Of a stretch of DNA of 60,492 nt, positions 21,313 through 33,513 are shown piece after piece (positions within the stretch are counted from its first letter, which is position 1; each line of letters starts with the position of its first letter). Position numbers and translations under genes: made by a program. The stretch covers positions 1 through 60,492 of the forward strand of contig MRSU01007220.1 of assembly GCA_008369845.1 (NCBI GenBank). Reading direction: 5' to 3'. The notes beneath the pieces were generated by a model. It saw only the letters and a program-made list of their open reading frames with translations, was not told where the DNA came from and searched no databases. The DNA comes from Trichomonas gallinae (Eukaryota).

Positions 21313-22155
21313 ATGTCTGATATTTTCTCAATCATAAAGAATGGGAAGCTTTGTGAATATGCAATCAACGAGAACAACATCAACATGATCTTTATTAATA
21401 AAAAAGAGCCGAAATATCATGGAATGACACCATTTTTGTTTGCGTGTGTTTATGGTACGCCAAAAGATCTAAAATTACTAGAAGATCATGGTGCTATTAC
21501 AAAATTTAGGCTTGTTCGCCCTTCAGACCAGCATATTTATAAAGAACCGAAGACAATTATTGATACGCCAAATTTCTACATCGATTGCCAGCAGGAAGCA
21601 GAAAAAAATAAATCTGGTCTCAATGCTGTAGCTCTTTCGATAATGAAAGACAACCTAGAAAACCTAAGATATCTCATTGAAAATTTAAACTTTAATTTAG
21701 ACGAAAGATCAAATGGGTATCATCCAATACATATAGCAGCAAGACAAAATGCAATTGAATGCTTCAACTATATCATGACTAAACAAAATATAAATATTGA
21801 AAACGAAATAACAGATGACAGGCTTTCTATTAAAGACCTTGTTGATAAAAATAACAGCTTTAAGATACAAATGAAATTTGGAAGACACAAAATTAAACCC
21901 GCACCACAAGATGAATCCAATAAACAAGAGTACATTGAATTTCTACAAAAATACTGTAAAGAATTTGTTTCTGAAGCAGTCTATCGATTTATTCCTCAGC
22001 TTCCTTTTGCTGTTCTCAAAGATTATTATAACAAAGTAATACAACTTGAACAATATCGACCTAATGCTGCATCTCAATATCCTACATGGAAAAATCTTTT
22101 ATGCCAGAACATTAATAGAGCTATATCAATGGATTTTAATATAAAATCAAGTTGA
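21313..22155 (+). CDS. Ankyrin-repeat protein
   Basis: GMTPFLFAC, GLNAVALSI...LRYLIE, GYHPIHIAA. Confidence 0.85.
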   Translation: MSDIFSIIKNGKLCEYAINENNINMIFINKKEPKYHGMTPFLFACVYGTPKDLKLLEDHGAITKFRLVRPSDQHIYKEPKTIIDTPNFYIDCQQEAEKNKSGLNAVALSIMKDNLENLRYLIENLNFNLDERSNGYHPIHIAARQNAIECFNYIMTKQNINIENEITDDRLSIKDLVDKNNSFKIQMKFGRHKIKPAPQDESNKQEYIEFLQKYCKEFVSEAVYRFIPQLPFAVLKDYYNKVIQLEQYRPNAASQYPTWKNLLCQNINRAISMDFNIKSS

Positions 22156-22359
22156 ACATGAATTGAATTAATATCATCATCACTGCCAAATTTGTATGTT
22201 GTTTCTGCATTCTTCGTTTTCATAAAAAACATAATTTTTTAAATCAGTGAAAAACTTCATAAATTTCTACTATCAAGCTTATATTCAATAGAGATTATAA
22301 TATTTTTTGTTTCCTTTTAAGAAAAAAAAATAATGATTTGAAATTATTTATACATCCCG

Positions 22360-25300
22360 TTAGAAAAAGCTTGGAAGATCTATTCCTGCAAGAATATCAG
22401 CGCCGAGATTATTGATCTCATCCTTCGCTGGAAGGAAAGTGCTGTATTCCAACTGTCTTTCTTCTTCATCTTCATCATCTGGAACAACAAAGTTTCCAGA
22501 CTTTGTGTTTTTCTTATTATTATTGCAGCTCGAGTCTTCGTCGTCACTTTCGTCGTCATTAACGAGCGCCTTCTCGATGACATTGAAGAACTTGTCTTGA
22601 TCTTTGACAGTGACTGCATCTACTTCTAATTCGACCATGTTCTCTTGAACGTGCATGTTCTCTGCCTTGAAAGTCGCGTTCGCCCAGTTCGTGAACGGGT
22701 TGACCTTGATGAGCGGGAGAACTTCCTGTATTGGCTGGAGGAACTCGCATCCGTAGTACTCGATATCGATGATAGCGAGCGGAGGAAGGTTCTTGATATC
22801 ACCGAATGGATCGATGTCGTCTTTCGGTTCCCATGTTGCCTGAGAGAATGGAAGAGTGATGGCAGGGAACTGCTTCATGCCGCGCGACTGTATCCTCTTC
22901 ATTACTGCACCTCCTAATGACTGCAATCGCTTCAAGAACTCGATGGAATAAACGGAAATCATTGGGTCAGTAACTGATGCAGCGATGTCGCCAATTCCGC
23001 CAAACTTGTCGATGCTGACTGGCAATGGATCCATCTTGAGCATGATCGTTGCGATCTTATAGATGGGAATGGATACTGTTTGGTCCTTCGAGAGAACGTT
23101 AGTGTAGAAGTTGATGATGGATAAGATAAGATCTTTGTTATCAATCTTCTTGACAACTCTTGCCACGAGTTTTTCGATGATGTCATCGCCTTCATTTGAA
23201 AGCTTGCCGATCAAGTCTGAGATTTCGATGTCCAAAATTGCAGACTTGAACGAATTGATTGCATCGATGTACCTAGACTCGTAGCGGTGCGAAAAGATGT
23301 AAGGAAGGACAGATAGGAAGAGGGCTTCATATGGCGATGGAGTGAGGCACTTAATAGCGCCAAGCTCTGGCAATTTAATGAGGAAGTTGACAGTATCTGT
23401 CAACGTTTGCAGTGAGTAGTTCGCTGACAAAATCAATTGAAGGTAGTCTTCTTGCGTTTGCGTTTCACCTGAGAATGATTTGACGGAGACGGCAGCTGAT
23501 ATGTGATTGATAACCGCCCTGAATATATCCATCTGTTCTTCGCGCTGAACCTTAAGAAGCTGAATAACAGACATGAAGGCCTTGAGAGATGGTGTGACTA
23601 AGTTAGTCGAAATCTTTGTGATGACTCCGATAAGATCGGCAATGTAATTGAACGCGAGTGTTGAATCTAACTCCTTCTCCATGATCATAGCTAAGACCTG
23701 CTGCTTCTTGGACTTCCAGCCTGGCGCTGTTCTTTCCGCGAGGACCGAAATGAATATGTGCAATGTTCTAAGCAAAACATCGATGATTTCTTCTGAGGCT
23801 GTTGTCGCGATGAGGCTGTACAAGATTATAGCTCTGTGTGCTGTCTTGATTTCACCGCATGTTGTTGCCCATCTGAGTGTCTCCTTGGCCAATTTCTTCA
23901 ATCCATCAGACGAGAATGCGAAGATGTAGTCAACGGCCTGAAGAATGATATCGAGTTCAATGCCTGTCTCTCTTGAGAACTGGTGGATTGTTGCTGTGAA
24001 CTGTTCTGGAGTTGTAGCCAAAATTGTCTTGTTGGATGAGATCATGTTTGTGGCTGCCGAAATGATGTCGAGATTGAATGATGAGTCGGACATCAAAGCG
24101 TGAAGAAGTTCCTTTGGTGCTCCTTCGAACTGGTCTGGGTATAAAAGGCAGAACAAGAGGATCGGTCCTAAGTGTGGCTTGATTGCTTCTGGCTTCTCCT
24201 TGTAGAGCCTAATGACCAGTTTCGATGAGAATGTGATAACGATCTGATACAAATCGATGTCGCTGACATCTTCTTCTTCAGAGTCGTCTCCTCCCTTTCC
24301 TGTGTGTGCCAAGTTCTCCATGAACCTGTCCATATCGAACTGAATATCCATTCTCAACAACTGAATCTGGTAGTAGAACCACGACCTAAGTGTGAAGAAC
24401 TTCGAGATGTGCTCGATAACTTTCGCTGAGTCTTTGGTGAACAAATAGTCGATGACCGCGATGACGTTGTCTGAGACTGTCTGGTCGCTCTGCTGGATCG
24501 AATAAAGGCAGATGAAGAAGTACTCGTGTATGTCCATTTCCTCGCACTTAGAGTCCAAAATCGCGTCAATGAACTTGAAGTGGCCTTGGCACATCGGTGT
24601 GAAAACAACGTGCTTTACGAATCTCCTCAAAAATGAGAAGCCTGTGAATCTGATCAACTTCTCGTTGATGTCAGGAACAATGCCTGCCATGTCTCTGTTG
24701 AAGATAAGTCCGCACATCCAAGGAGCCATAACTGAAATAAAGACAGCTGAATCTTTGCCTCTCTTCTTGCAGATGTTGAACATGTATGAAAGGACTTGTT
24801 CTGTTATTGGTCTCAATCTCTTTGCGAGGAGTTCGCTGATTTCGACTATCAAATCAACATTGATCTCAGGAGGAAGTGTGACATTTCCATTCAAGAATGT
24901 TTGGATTCTGTGAATGAGTTTTGATAATCCATGAACATTATCATCGTGTCTGATTAAAAGTGCGCCTAATGATACACATGTCAACAGGTAGATTGCTGCT
25001 GCTCTGTTTGCTGCCTCTGCGTGTGTGAGCATGAAGAATGCGAGTGGAATCAAACCGCCGAGATTAGCGTCTGTAGTATCATTGAATTCCTTTTCACAGG
25101 CTGTGAATTCGTTTGTAACGTTTGATTTCCACTTGAGAATGAATTTATCGACAGAATCAATCTGCATGAACTGAGCTGTTATGGCTCTGAAGAAGATTGG
25201 ATTCTCGATTGACTTCTCGATGTAAAGAGGAAGCATCACATTATATGTGGATCCGAGAACAGACGTCAAAACAGAGAAGGAAATTTCAGCGACTGTGTCG

Positions 25301-28300
25301 AGATTTGCCTTGATAGAGTTGAAAAGTGAGTCAGGGATAGTATAGACACGCGCAAATGCTTGTAATGCTGAGCGTGTTACACTTCTGAGCTCCAAGAACG
25401 GCAGGGTCTCAGGTGCTGACGCGCAGTTAATCAAGAATGTGAACATACGTGTTGCCTGATCGCTTGTAAGCTTTTCGCCGCCGAATGTTATGTTTCTTGG
25501 GAATGCTCCGTGTGCTTCAGCCACATGTGACTGATATAAGTCATTGTAGATCTGCCTGACGCAGTATGCTATGTCACAGAGCGAGTAAATTAAGTGTTGG
25601 TTATTCTTGAGGTATTCTTGGTTGACGGAGAATTGTGGGATCTTGGGGAAAGCTTCAGATTTGAGAGACAATGATATGATGTGATCGAACTTCATTAGAG
25701 CGAATTCCTCGACACCGTCGATTCTCTGGGATATCATGTTCCTGATTGTGTATGAAACAACATGTGACATGAATGATGTCGATGGCTGGACATTCTTAAT
25801 GATAGGAATTCCAAATCCTGATGTGTAAAATGCAATGAACGGCAAGAAGTGTTCGCCGCATTTATCTGGATCTTGTAGTAATTCATCGACTTCGAAGACT
25901 TTGGTATTTACTGCTGTTCCCTTCGTCATTGCAGCGACGAATATATATATATTGATCAAAAATAGTGGGCAGCTGTCGCCGATTTGTGTTCCTATTGATA
26001 CTATTGAGTGAATCGCTTGTTCTGCTGTAACAGCGATGCTGGATTGAGCCATTATGCGGCCGAGAATAGAAAGGGCGCATGAATATATTGAATCGTAGCC
26101 TGTTGGCACTAATGATTGGAATGAGATTTCTGGAATGTTCGTTAAATCGATCGCGCTGAAGTTTCCGTGTGTGATAACCAACTGTCTAAGCATTGAGTTG
26201 AATTTGGCGGTGTTTTCATCGAGAAAAGCAAGGAAATTCGGCTTTACATTTCCAAGTCTTGAAACTTCGCCTGCTAAGTTCATTGCGAGTGATCTAAGTG
26301 CTGGTGTTGGTGTGCAGAGGCCAGCGATGATGGCGCTAAACAATGCTAAGAGACTTTGTGGCTTAAGTTCAACTTTCGCATAATGAACACAAGTAATAAC
26401 ATTAGTATAGGCCTGGATGATGTTGTATAAGTCTTCAAGTGTGCTGACTGGGATGTTGTTGATGGCGGCGATGACGGATTCAGCTGATTGAGGATTATAG
26501 ATTAATAAAGCTTGAAGAGTGCGAAGGCATGCTGATGAAATGTGTGGGTTAGCGATATTAATGTGAACGGCAAGCTTCTCAATGAATGACTCGGACTTGA
26601 AGAATGGAATTAATGAAATCGCGATTAATTCCTGTGAAAGCTCATTTGGTGGGATGTCGGCTTGGTTGAGCTTGTAGTCCTTGATAGACTCGAAGACGGA
26701 TTGTTCGAAGAATTTGGCTAAAACACTTGTCCATGGCTTTGTATCTTTTGCAGAAAATCTCATTGGCGATCTAAGGATGAGTGGCTGAGCGTAGTTTGTG
26801 TCTTTCATGCTGTACATGCACAATTCGAGCTTCCTGTCGACGTTTGATGGCAAAATGATATTTTCCCATTCTGGTGTCAACGTGAGAGAGTCGTATAATG
26901 GGTTAGACTTGTAGACAACGTTGCCAGACTTCGTTGGGATCTTGTCAAGAAGGGTGGAAATGTAGTCAGATACGAAAACTTTAAGATCTGACATTAAACC
27001 AACGTTTGCGCCAGTAAGCTCCTGGAATCTCGATGCTGGAGAAATAACTGTGTGCAAGCATGTGAAAACTGCCTGCCAATTGCTGATAAGAAAATCTTGG
27101 CTGAATAAAGATTTGATTTTCTTCGTGACGAAATCCTGGAAATCTGCAGCGGCGATAACTGTTAATGTTTCTGCGAGTTCTACTTGGCAACTATCAAACA
27201 CTCCATTATTATGTAAAATTAAATTGTAAGCGAGTAAGGAAATCTTTTGAGACATTTGCGATGTTGGATCCTTGTAAAGCGTATGATGAATGGAGCGAAT
27301 AAATTTCGGATAATAATTGCTGCCAAGAATTAACGCAGTAGTAGCGCGCAATTGAACTGAAGCGTTCTCCACACAAAATGTTCTGCCATCTTTGGCGATG
27401 TATTTGCTGAAATATTCGTCGAGTGAAAGAGATAATTTCGGATGTTTTGAAAAAGCGTAAACTTGAGCGCGGAAAACCTCAGAAGGGTCTGCCATTTTGC
27501 TAGATCCTTGGAATTTTTTCGCGATTTCTGACATATCATATATGAATGGTAATTCTCTGAGAGATGGATCGAGTACCAAGGCTCCGCAAGAGATATTAAG
27601 TAACCATTCGATAGATGGAATGTGATGAAGTGCATCTTGCTTTATGCCTTTGATAATTCTTTCATATTTACGGCAGATATCAACAATTCGAGCTGAATTT
27701 GTTCCCTGTCCAAAAGTAATTTGAGAATAAAGATTAAACATGATCGCATATGATATCGGAGAATCGGTAGATGGATCTGGAATGTTCTTTTCCATTGTAG
27801 AAAATACGAGATCTTGATTTACCATAGATAAGAGGCACATTGACTCAGACCAAAGCGATGCATTATATGCAACAATAGGTCCTGATAATGATGTAATTAT
27901 TTTTTGCAGCCTATCTGGTATGCCTTTGATAATTTCTTCCATTTTATCTTCGCCATTTAACTTAGAAGCGAGCAATAATCTTGTTGTAAACATGCAGAAG
28001 ACTTGATCGAAATAGATGTTAAATGCGATTCTGTGATAAATACTTGAAATCTTGAATTTATCGGAATCGAAACGTAGCGTTAAATCAACAGAAGAATTAT
28101 TCTGCACCTCATCATCCGAGTTAATAGTTAGTGTTGGTAAATCGTTAGCAAATTCTTCGAAAGCCGCTGCAGCTGATGTTGAACCAATAATTGCGAGAGA
28201 ATCGAGGATATTTAACACTGCAAAGTTTGTTACAAGTTCGCGCGATAAATATTTCTGGAATTTCTGTTCAGATTCGACAATTTCCGCCCTTTTTCCTGTG

Positions 28301-28428
28301 GATATAGGAATAGGAAGATTGGCAAACATTTCGTTGGCTTCCAGATGAATACAATCACGCAGGCGTGTCATCTGGGATGTCAGCACTGAGTTCTTTAGTG
28401 CATTCATCGAATATCCTTTTGCCGACAT
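22360..28428 (-). CDS. Giant ARM/HEAT-like protein, probable divergent Furry/Tao3/Mor2 homologue (2022 aa)
   Basis: Size and helical character. LRWATTCGEIKTAHRAIILYSLI resembles the Furry-family ALxWATxCxxRHxAxRSFQIFRAL motif, and MAPWMCGL resembles LxPWLxNI. Confidence 0.65.
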   Translation of the reverse strand: MSAKGYSMNALKNSVLTSQMTRLRDCIHLEANEMFANLPIPISTGKRAEIVESEQKFQKYLSRELVTNFAVLNILDSLAIIGSTSAAAAFEEFANDLPTLTINSDDEVQNNSSVDLTLRFDSDKFKISSIYHRIAFNIYFDQVFCMFTTRLLLASKLNGEDKMEEIIKGIPDRLQKIITSLSGPIVAYNASLWSESMCLLSMVNQDLVFSTMEKNIPDPSTDSPISYAIMFNLYSQITFGQGTNSARIVDICRKYERIIKGIKQDALHHIPSIEWLLNISCGALVLDPSLRELPFIYDMSEIAKKFQGSSKMADPSEVFRAQVYAFSKHPKLSLSLDEYFSKYIAKDGRTFCVENASVQLRATTALILGSNYYPKFIRSIHHTLYKDPTSQMSQKISLLAYNLILHNNGVFDSCQVELAETLTVIAAADFQDFVTKKIKSLFSQDFLISNWQAVFTCLHTVISPASRFQELTGANVGLMSDLKVFVSDYISTLLDKIPTKSGNVVYKSNPLYDSLTLTPEWENIILPSNVDRKLELCMYSMKDTNYAQPLILRSPMRFSAKDTKPWTSVLAKFFEQSVFESIKDYKLNQADIPPNELSQELIAISLIPFFKSESFIEKLAVHINIANPHISSACLRTLQALLIYNPQSAESVIAAINNIPVSTLEDLYNIIQAYTNVITCVHYAKVELKPQSLLALFSAIIAGLCTPTPALRSLAMNLAGEVSRLGNVKPNFLAFLDENTAKFNSMLRQLVITHGNFSAIDLTNIPEISFQSLVPTGYDSIYSCALSILGRIMAQSSIAVTAEQAIHSIVSIGTQIGDSCPLFLINIYIFVAAMTKGTAVNTKVFEVDELLQDPDKCGEHFLPFIAFYTSGFGIPIIKNVQPSTSFMSHVVSYTIRNMISQRIDGVEEFALMKFDHIISLSLKSEAFPKIPQFSVNQEYLKNNQHLIYSLCDIAYCVRQIYNDLYQSHVAEAHGAFPRNITFGGEKLTSDQATRMFTFLINCASAPETLPFLELRSVTRSALQAFARVYTIPDSLFNSIKANLDTVAEISFSVLTSVLGSTYNVMLPLYIEKSIENPIFFRAITAQFMQIDSVDKFILKWKSNVTNEFTACEKEFNDTTDANLGGLIPLAFFMLTHAEAANRAAAIYLLTCVSLGALLIRHDDNVHGLSKLIHRIQTFLNGNVTLPPEINVDLIVEISELLAKRLRPITEQVLSYMFNICKKRGKDSAVFISVMAPWMCGLIFNRDMAGIVPDINEKLIRFTGFSFLRRFVKHVVFTPMCQGHFKFIDAILDSKCEEMDIHEYFFICLYSIQQSDQTVSDNVIAVIDYLFTKDSAKVIEHISKFFTLRSWFYYQIQLLRMDIQFDMDRFMENLAHTGKGGDDSEEEDVSDIDLYQIVITFSSKLVIRLYKEKPEAIKPHLGPILLFCLLYPDQFEGAPKELLHALMSDSSFNLDIISAATNMISSNKTILATTPEQFTATIHQFSRETGIELDIILQAVDYIFAFSSDGLKKLAKETLRWATTCGEIKTAHRAIILYSLIATTASEEIIDVLLRTLHIFISVLAERTAPGWKSKKQQVLAMIMEKELDSTLAFNYIADLIGVITKISTNLVTPSLKAFMSVIQLLKVQREEQMDIFRAVINHISAAVSVKSFSGETQTQEDYLQLILSANYSLQTLTDTVNFLIKLPELGAIKCLTPSPYEALFLSVLPYIFSHRYESRYIDAINSFKSAILDIEISDLIGKLSNEGDDIIEKLVARVVKKIDNKDLILSIINFYTNVLSKDQTVSIPIYKIATIMLKMDPLPVSIDKFGGIGDIAASVTDPMISVYSIEFLKRLQSLGGAVMKRIQSRGMKQFPAITLPFSQATWEPKDDIDPFGDIKNLPPLAIIDIEYYGCEFLQPIQEVLPLIKVNPFTNWANATFKAENMHVQENMVELEVDAVTVKDQDKFFNVIEKALVNDDESDDEDSSCNNNKKNTKSGNFVVPDDEDEEERQLEYSTFLPAKDEINNLGADILAGIDLPSFF

Positions 28429-29598
28429 CAATAGATTTGAAAAACTTTTTTTTGACGATTATTTCACCTAAAAAATTTAATTTATCAATTTTTTATTTAT
28501 GATTTTTTTGACATGTTATATATATATTTATGTGATTAATAACCAAAAAATTAAAAACTTGTTTTTATAATAGATTTGACGGATATATGTATATACAACT
28601 AATATATACGAAATTTGGAGATAAAAAGCATTTTTTGCTTTCAAAAATTTCAAGACAAAAGAAAATGATATTATTATATATCTCAAATTACATTGTTTTA
28701 TTTTTTTCAAAAAAAAATCTGATGTGAATTTTATGAAAAAAAAAGTTTTTTTTTCAATTCCATTATAATATATCATAATTATATTCTATATCTTTGGTTA
28801 AAAATTTTCACCTTATCTTTATCAAGGAAAAAAATTATTAAAATTGGTTGATATATTTGTTATATATGTTATATTTATTATTAAACCAAGAAAATTGCGA
28901 GTTTTCGCATTTTTACGGGCGTGAAAATATGTGTGAAAATTATCATTATAGAGCATATGATCATTTTCACTTTAAATTGAAATAACATTTGAATCGAAAA
29001 TAATCGTCTGAATAATTATAATTTTGATTTAAATATTAGTTTTATGTAGTATATTTTATATCTTCATCTCAACTTTATCAAAATTTCATAATGTTTGAAA
29101 TTGGAACTACACAAAATGGTTTAAAATCATGATCTGCTCTTTTGTCAGTTTCCATTTAAAATAGAGAAAACGGGATTTTTCATATCAAAAAGTACTGTGA
29201 TGTGAAATCGATGTTGAGCAGATGGAAAAACAGCTGTCCTTCATGCACTGGAATTGTTTTTGATGTGAATGTTAATAAATCTCTTGAGTTTCAATTTCGC
29301 AATTTCATTTATTCAACCGTAGAATAGAAGTGATAATAAAATTGATTTCATTATGAACTAAATATCAATAATTTGTGGTGTAAAATGTTAAATATTGTAG
29401 ATAAAGCAGATGAAGAAATGGAAGAAAGATTAAAAGTAATTTTTATCGAACATTTTTGTAAAAATTAAAATTATCGTTAGTTAACGGACTGATATTTTAT
29501 ATTATTCAAGATTTGTTACAGATTTGATCAAATAAATAATATGACATGTAAACTATGTAATAATGAAATCTGACGTGTAAAATGGGAAATTGACAAAA

Positions 29599-30891
29599 AT
29601 GGTTAACTTAACATTAGCAAAGCTTTCTCTTAGTTCATTGTCTCATTTACCGATGGTTAGCGCAAATATGAGATCATTTCAGTCTAGATATAGCTTTTCT
29701 AAGCTTTCTTTAAATAAATTTTCGAATTCATTTTATATAAGTCACCAAAATAATGAATATTCGTCATTTACTAAATCTAAGTTCAGAAATTTCCTAAAAT
29801 CTCCTATCCAAATTGATTCACAGCTTGATTTCGTTAACAAAGTTTACACATCTACCATTTCTTCAGATGATTGCCAAGGAAGTTTTAATGTTTTTCACTG
29901 CTCATTCCAAAACTGCAAGGAAACATCATCGCATGGAGGTGCAGCCATTTGCCTTGCAAATATAAATCATGCAACTGTTAGAATTGGCTATAACTCATTT
30001 ATGAATTGCGTGTGCAGCACAAGTAGTACAGATGGTGGTGCAATTTTCATTGGTTTCGGAAGTGGAAAAGCAGAATTTTTATCAGATTGTTTTTACAAAT
30101 GTTCTGCTGAGAGCAACAGCAATGCTTTAGTATTGAAAAATGTTGATGATGAAACAACTGCTCAAATGATTTCAGTAGATGAATGCAATAACGAAAAACC
30201 AACTCATTTAGGATATACTGTTGAAATGTCAAGCAAATCAATATCATTCAACTCTCTCAATATAACACATTGTTCAGCAGTATTTTGTCCAACAATCAGA
30301 GCCATTTTCAAGCAAAATTCGGAATTTAAATTTATTCATCTTTCGCACAATCAACTTTTAAAGCCACATCATCTTTCATGCTTCTTTTCAGATGAGCTTC
30401 CTAAGCCAATTACAGCCAAACTCGATTATTGGAACGTAATAAATACAATTAAACCTGCTGACGGCACTTTAATCCAATTCTGGAATTGCGATGCAATTGC
30501 CTTCCATGGATGCATTAGAAACACAAGCTCTAAAGTTTCTTTTGCCCGCGAAGGTTTATATAATATTATACAAGTCTACGATTTCTCATCAGACAGAGAA
30601 TTTTACAGATCTCTTGGTATACAGTGGGGAGAAGGCTGTGTAGCTGTCGCAGAACCAACGAATGTCAAAATGCCGAATTTATTCGAAAAAGCGTGTTATC
30701 ATACGAAAGAAGTTAAGAATGTCTTCTCAATAGATTGGTACTCAATTATCACTGGTGTCTGTGTTGTAACTGGTTTCTTTGCTGTTGCTAATCTTTGTCT
30801 TATAATTGCTAGGAAATACGTTGAATCAGTCAACAAAAAGATTGACCAGGAAGTTGTGGGAGACATGACTGCACTAGTAAGAAATAGCTAA
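29599..30891 (+). CDS. Membrane protein with GGA(A)I / SFxNC beta-helix-like repeats and C-terminal TM
   Basis: HGGAAIC, DGGAIF, CSFQNC, DCFYKC; TM WYSIITGVCVVTGFFAVANLCLIIA. ATG at 29599. Confidence 0.8.
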   Translation: MVNLTLAKLSLSSLSHLPMVSANMRSFQSRYSFSKLSLNKFSNSFYISHQNNEYSSFTKSKFRNFLKSPIQIDSQLDFVNKVYTSTISSDDCQGSFNVFHCSFQNCKETSSHGGAAICLANINHATVRIGYNSFMNCVCSTSSTDGGAIFIGFGSGKAEFLSDCFYKCSAESNSNALVLKNVDDETTAQMISVDECNNEKPTHLGYTVEMSSKSISFNSLNITHCSAVFCPTIRAIFKQNSEFKFIHLSHNQLLKPHHLSCFFSDELPKPITAKLDYWNVINTIKPADGTLIQFWNCDAIAFHGCIRNTSSKVSFAREGLYNIIQVYDFSSDREFYRSLGIQWGEGCVAVAEPTNVKMPNLFEKACYHTKEVKNVFSIDWYSIITGVCVVTGFFAVANLCLIIARKYVESVNKKIDQEVVGDMTALVRNS

Positions 30892-31382
30892 TTGTTGAAT
30901 ATTTAAATATATTTTGTTATATAACACAGAGCCTTAAATTATTATATATATTACCTTAAAATATGAATATGTTATATTTAATTCTATACCGAATATTAAA
31001 AATTATAATTTTAAATAAAAATCACATATTTGAACTCGAAAACTATTTTTTGTCATTATCCCTTCCAATTCTTTCAACAGTCCGAAAAAATCAAGATAAA
31101 TCGTGTTTATAATTTTATATTAATTTTTTTTATAAACGATAGGTTATGATACTCATCAATACTATGGCTTTTCTCTGGTTATACTCTTCGTCTTTCTCAT
31201 CAATTTTGTATTTGCTAAAATATCATCAATCTTGAATAAACTTTCAGATTTTTTTCTCACTTCTTAATCAGTTAGTTAACATCTCTATATTTAATTTTTT
31301 ATATCATTGCCTACATAAATTTAGAAAATTCAAAAATATTAATATTGATCAAAACTATGATTATCTAGAAATAATAATTAAT

Positions 31383-32963
31383 CTATTCATCTTTTTCATG
31401 CTTACCATCAGACTTTTTCTCATTATTTTCCTCTTCTTTTTTATCAAAAGATTCTTTTTCTTCTTTCTTTTCAAATTTTGTCTTTTCTTTCTTTGTTTGC
31501 TTGTTATCTGTTTCTTTCTTATCTTTAGCAACTTTTTGCTCATTTGAAATTGTGTGATCATATAATCCGCAGATGAATAAGAAAACTGATATCAAAATTC
31601 CGACAGCAATAACAACTGGTATTGGAATAGCGATCTGAAGCATCGTCAAAACAATTTTTCCATTGTTGATTTCAAATCCAGTGAAAATTGACATGAAAGT
31701 ATCAACAAAGCCAAGGAATGAATTGTGCTTGATCTCTTCTCCTTCATCTCGGAGGCCATCATTCCTATATAAACGAGAACAAACTGAAATTAAATCATCT
31801 GGAGATGAAACTTCAACTTTCATGTATTTTTCATCACTAATAACAGCCCACCCACTTGTCAATGATAATGATTTGGCGAAAGAAGATTGAATAAGAGCAA
31901 GATTAAATGGATAATCTGAAATTGAATCAATATATGTTCTATTTGGTAAGGATGCGGAAACAACACACCATGGTTGGCAAATCTGTTTATAATTTGCAGA
32001 ATTTACGTATGAAAACAGTGGAGTGCAAAATTCTTCAATATCATCAAGAATGTGTCTTCCTTTTGTATCAATTTGTATTGGATTTGTCTTATGTCCGCGG
32101 AATATTAAAACGCATGGTGTCTTTTTAATATTATATTTCGAAATTAAATCATCATTTTCAGTAATGGAAGAAAACAGCGCAAAACTTCTTATTTTCGATG
32201 CAGCATATCTGAAGTGAATTGATGTTTTAGAATTCGAGCGAGATAAAACTTCTAAAACGTGAGTCTTTGAGGAATCAATTTCGAGCCACGAATCAAGGTT
32301 CGCTTGGTTATTTAAGTACTTAACAGACGATTTCCAGAAAGTAAATAGATGCTGAATCGCTTGATCTTTGTTATCAAAAGTTGCTGCGAATTTTCTGCTT
32401 TTCACGGTTTCATTGACGTAGTGTACTGAAAAATATGCAGGAAATGACTTCGCTCCGAGTTGTTCAACGAGATCTGGCGAAGAAGTTGCGTCTAACTTTG
32501 CGACTTTAACGTATTGGCCTGCCTCCTTCGCAAATTCATCGAATAATTGAGACTGGCGTGCGCAATTCGGACAATCAAAGTGTTGTGTAACTAATATAAT
32601 CCATTCTTCGCCATTTTTCGCTAATGATGGGAAAATATGTTGGTTGATTAGTGGAACTTGTATGTTTCGAGCGTAATCGTTGTCCTCTCTGTGAACAGTT
32701 TTCTCTTTGATGCGTCCATCTCGATCAAATTGCATTTTCTTCTCCTGATCTGACAATATTTCGTATGCCTCTGAAACCTTGATGAATTTGTGGTACGATT
32801 CTTCATCTTTGTGCCTATCTGGATGACAAGCGAAAACTAATTTTCGATATGCTTTCTTAATTTCGTCCATAGATGCATATTTGGAGACACCCAATATCGT
32901 GTAAGGATTCTCGTTCGGTAAAAGTTTACCTGATGTAAATAGGAAAAAAGTGAAAAAAAGCAT
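31383..32963 (-). CDS. DnaJ plus thioredoxin-domain membrane protein (DNAJC16/ERdj-like)
   Basis: Signal peptide, J domain with HPD, thioredoxin CPNC, TM near the C-terminus, Lys/Glu-rich tail. Inr TCATCATT at 32971-32978 (minus). Confidence 0.9.
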   Translation of the reverse strand: MLFFTFFLFTSGKLLPNENPYTILGVSKYASMDEIKKAYRKLVFACHPDRHKDEESYHKFIKVSEAYEILSDQEKKMQFDRDGRIKEKTVHREDNDYARNIQVPLINQHIFPSLAKNGEEWIILVTQHFDCPNCARQSQLFDEFAKEAGQYVKVAKLDATSSPDLVEQLGAKSFPAYFSVHYVNETVKSRKFAATFDNKDQAIQHLFTFWKSSVKYLNNQANLDSWLEIDSSKTHVLEVLSRSNSKTSIHFRYAASKIRSFALFSSITENDDLISKYNIKKTPCVLIFRGHKTNPIQIDTKGRHILDDIEEFCTPLFSYVNSANYKQICQPWCVVSASLPNRTYIDSISDYPFNLALIQSSFAKSLSLTSGWAVISDEKYMKVEVSSPDDLISVCSRLYRNDGLRDEGEEIKHNSFLGFVDTFMSIFTGFEINNGKIVLTMLQIAIPIPVVIAVGILISVFLFICGLYDHTISNEQKVAKDKKETDNKQTKKEKTKFEKKEEKESFDKKEEENNEKKSDGKHEKDE

Positions 32964-32985
32964 AATAAAAAATGATGATTTTTGA

Positions 32986-32993
32986 AAAGTGAC
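32986..32993 (+). promoter_or_regulatory. AAAGTGAC motif (T. vaginalis core-promoter motif 2-like)
   Basis: Exact AAAGTGAC 23 bp upstream of the DnaJ ATG, in antisense orientation to that gene. Confidence 0.45.
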
Positions 32994-33513
32994 ATAATTA
33001 CCCCAAAACCGGAATCATTTCATAAATTGAATTTCAAAAGTTAGGTATGGAACGAAAGGTGGCATAAGTGTACCAAAAATATGGCTACCAGCTAACACTT
33101 TTTAGTTTTAGATACTATTCGAATTTTCACTCGTTCCTATTCTGAAGAAAGGTCCGAAAAGTGACGAGTTTTCTATATTACTCATTGAATTATTCTAAGA
33201 GAGTTATCAATTTTTTTGGACATGAATTTAAAAAACGGTTTAATTCCAGGAATTGATGTCATTATAAATGTCACAAGGAGTTTATCTAACCTTCTTCCCG
33301 ATAGTCGTGCATTACCTATCAGGATAGATAAATTATTCAAGAATTTGACAATACATTCCATGAAAAATATGACACTTTACATGTATTCTTAAACAAATGC
33401 GCAAATTAAGGTTACGGTTGAGCTTCAGCACATTTAATTAAATATTATAATAAAGTTAATGTTATACTCACTACACATCTTTTTTGTTTCAAAATTTACT
33501 CGTAATTCTTTAA

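Noticed and set aside
33045..33105. Intron-like GTATGG...GCTAACACTTTTTAG
   Set aside because: It deviates from the strict Trichomonas GTATGT...ACTAACACACAG consensus and spacing, has no ATG in the would-be first exon, and does not join to ORF B.
33222..33392. 56-aa ATG ORF MNLKNGLIPGIDV... upstream of member B
   Set aside because: Short, with no recognisable motif, and it cannot be linked to ORF B by splicing signals.
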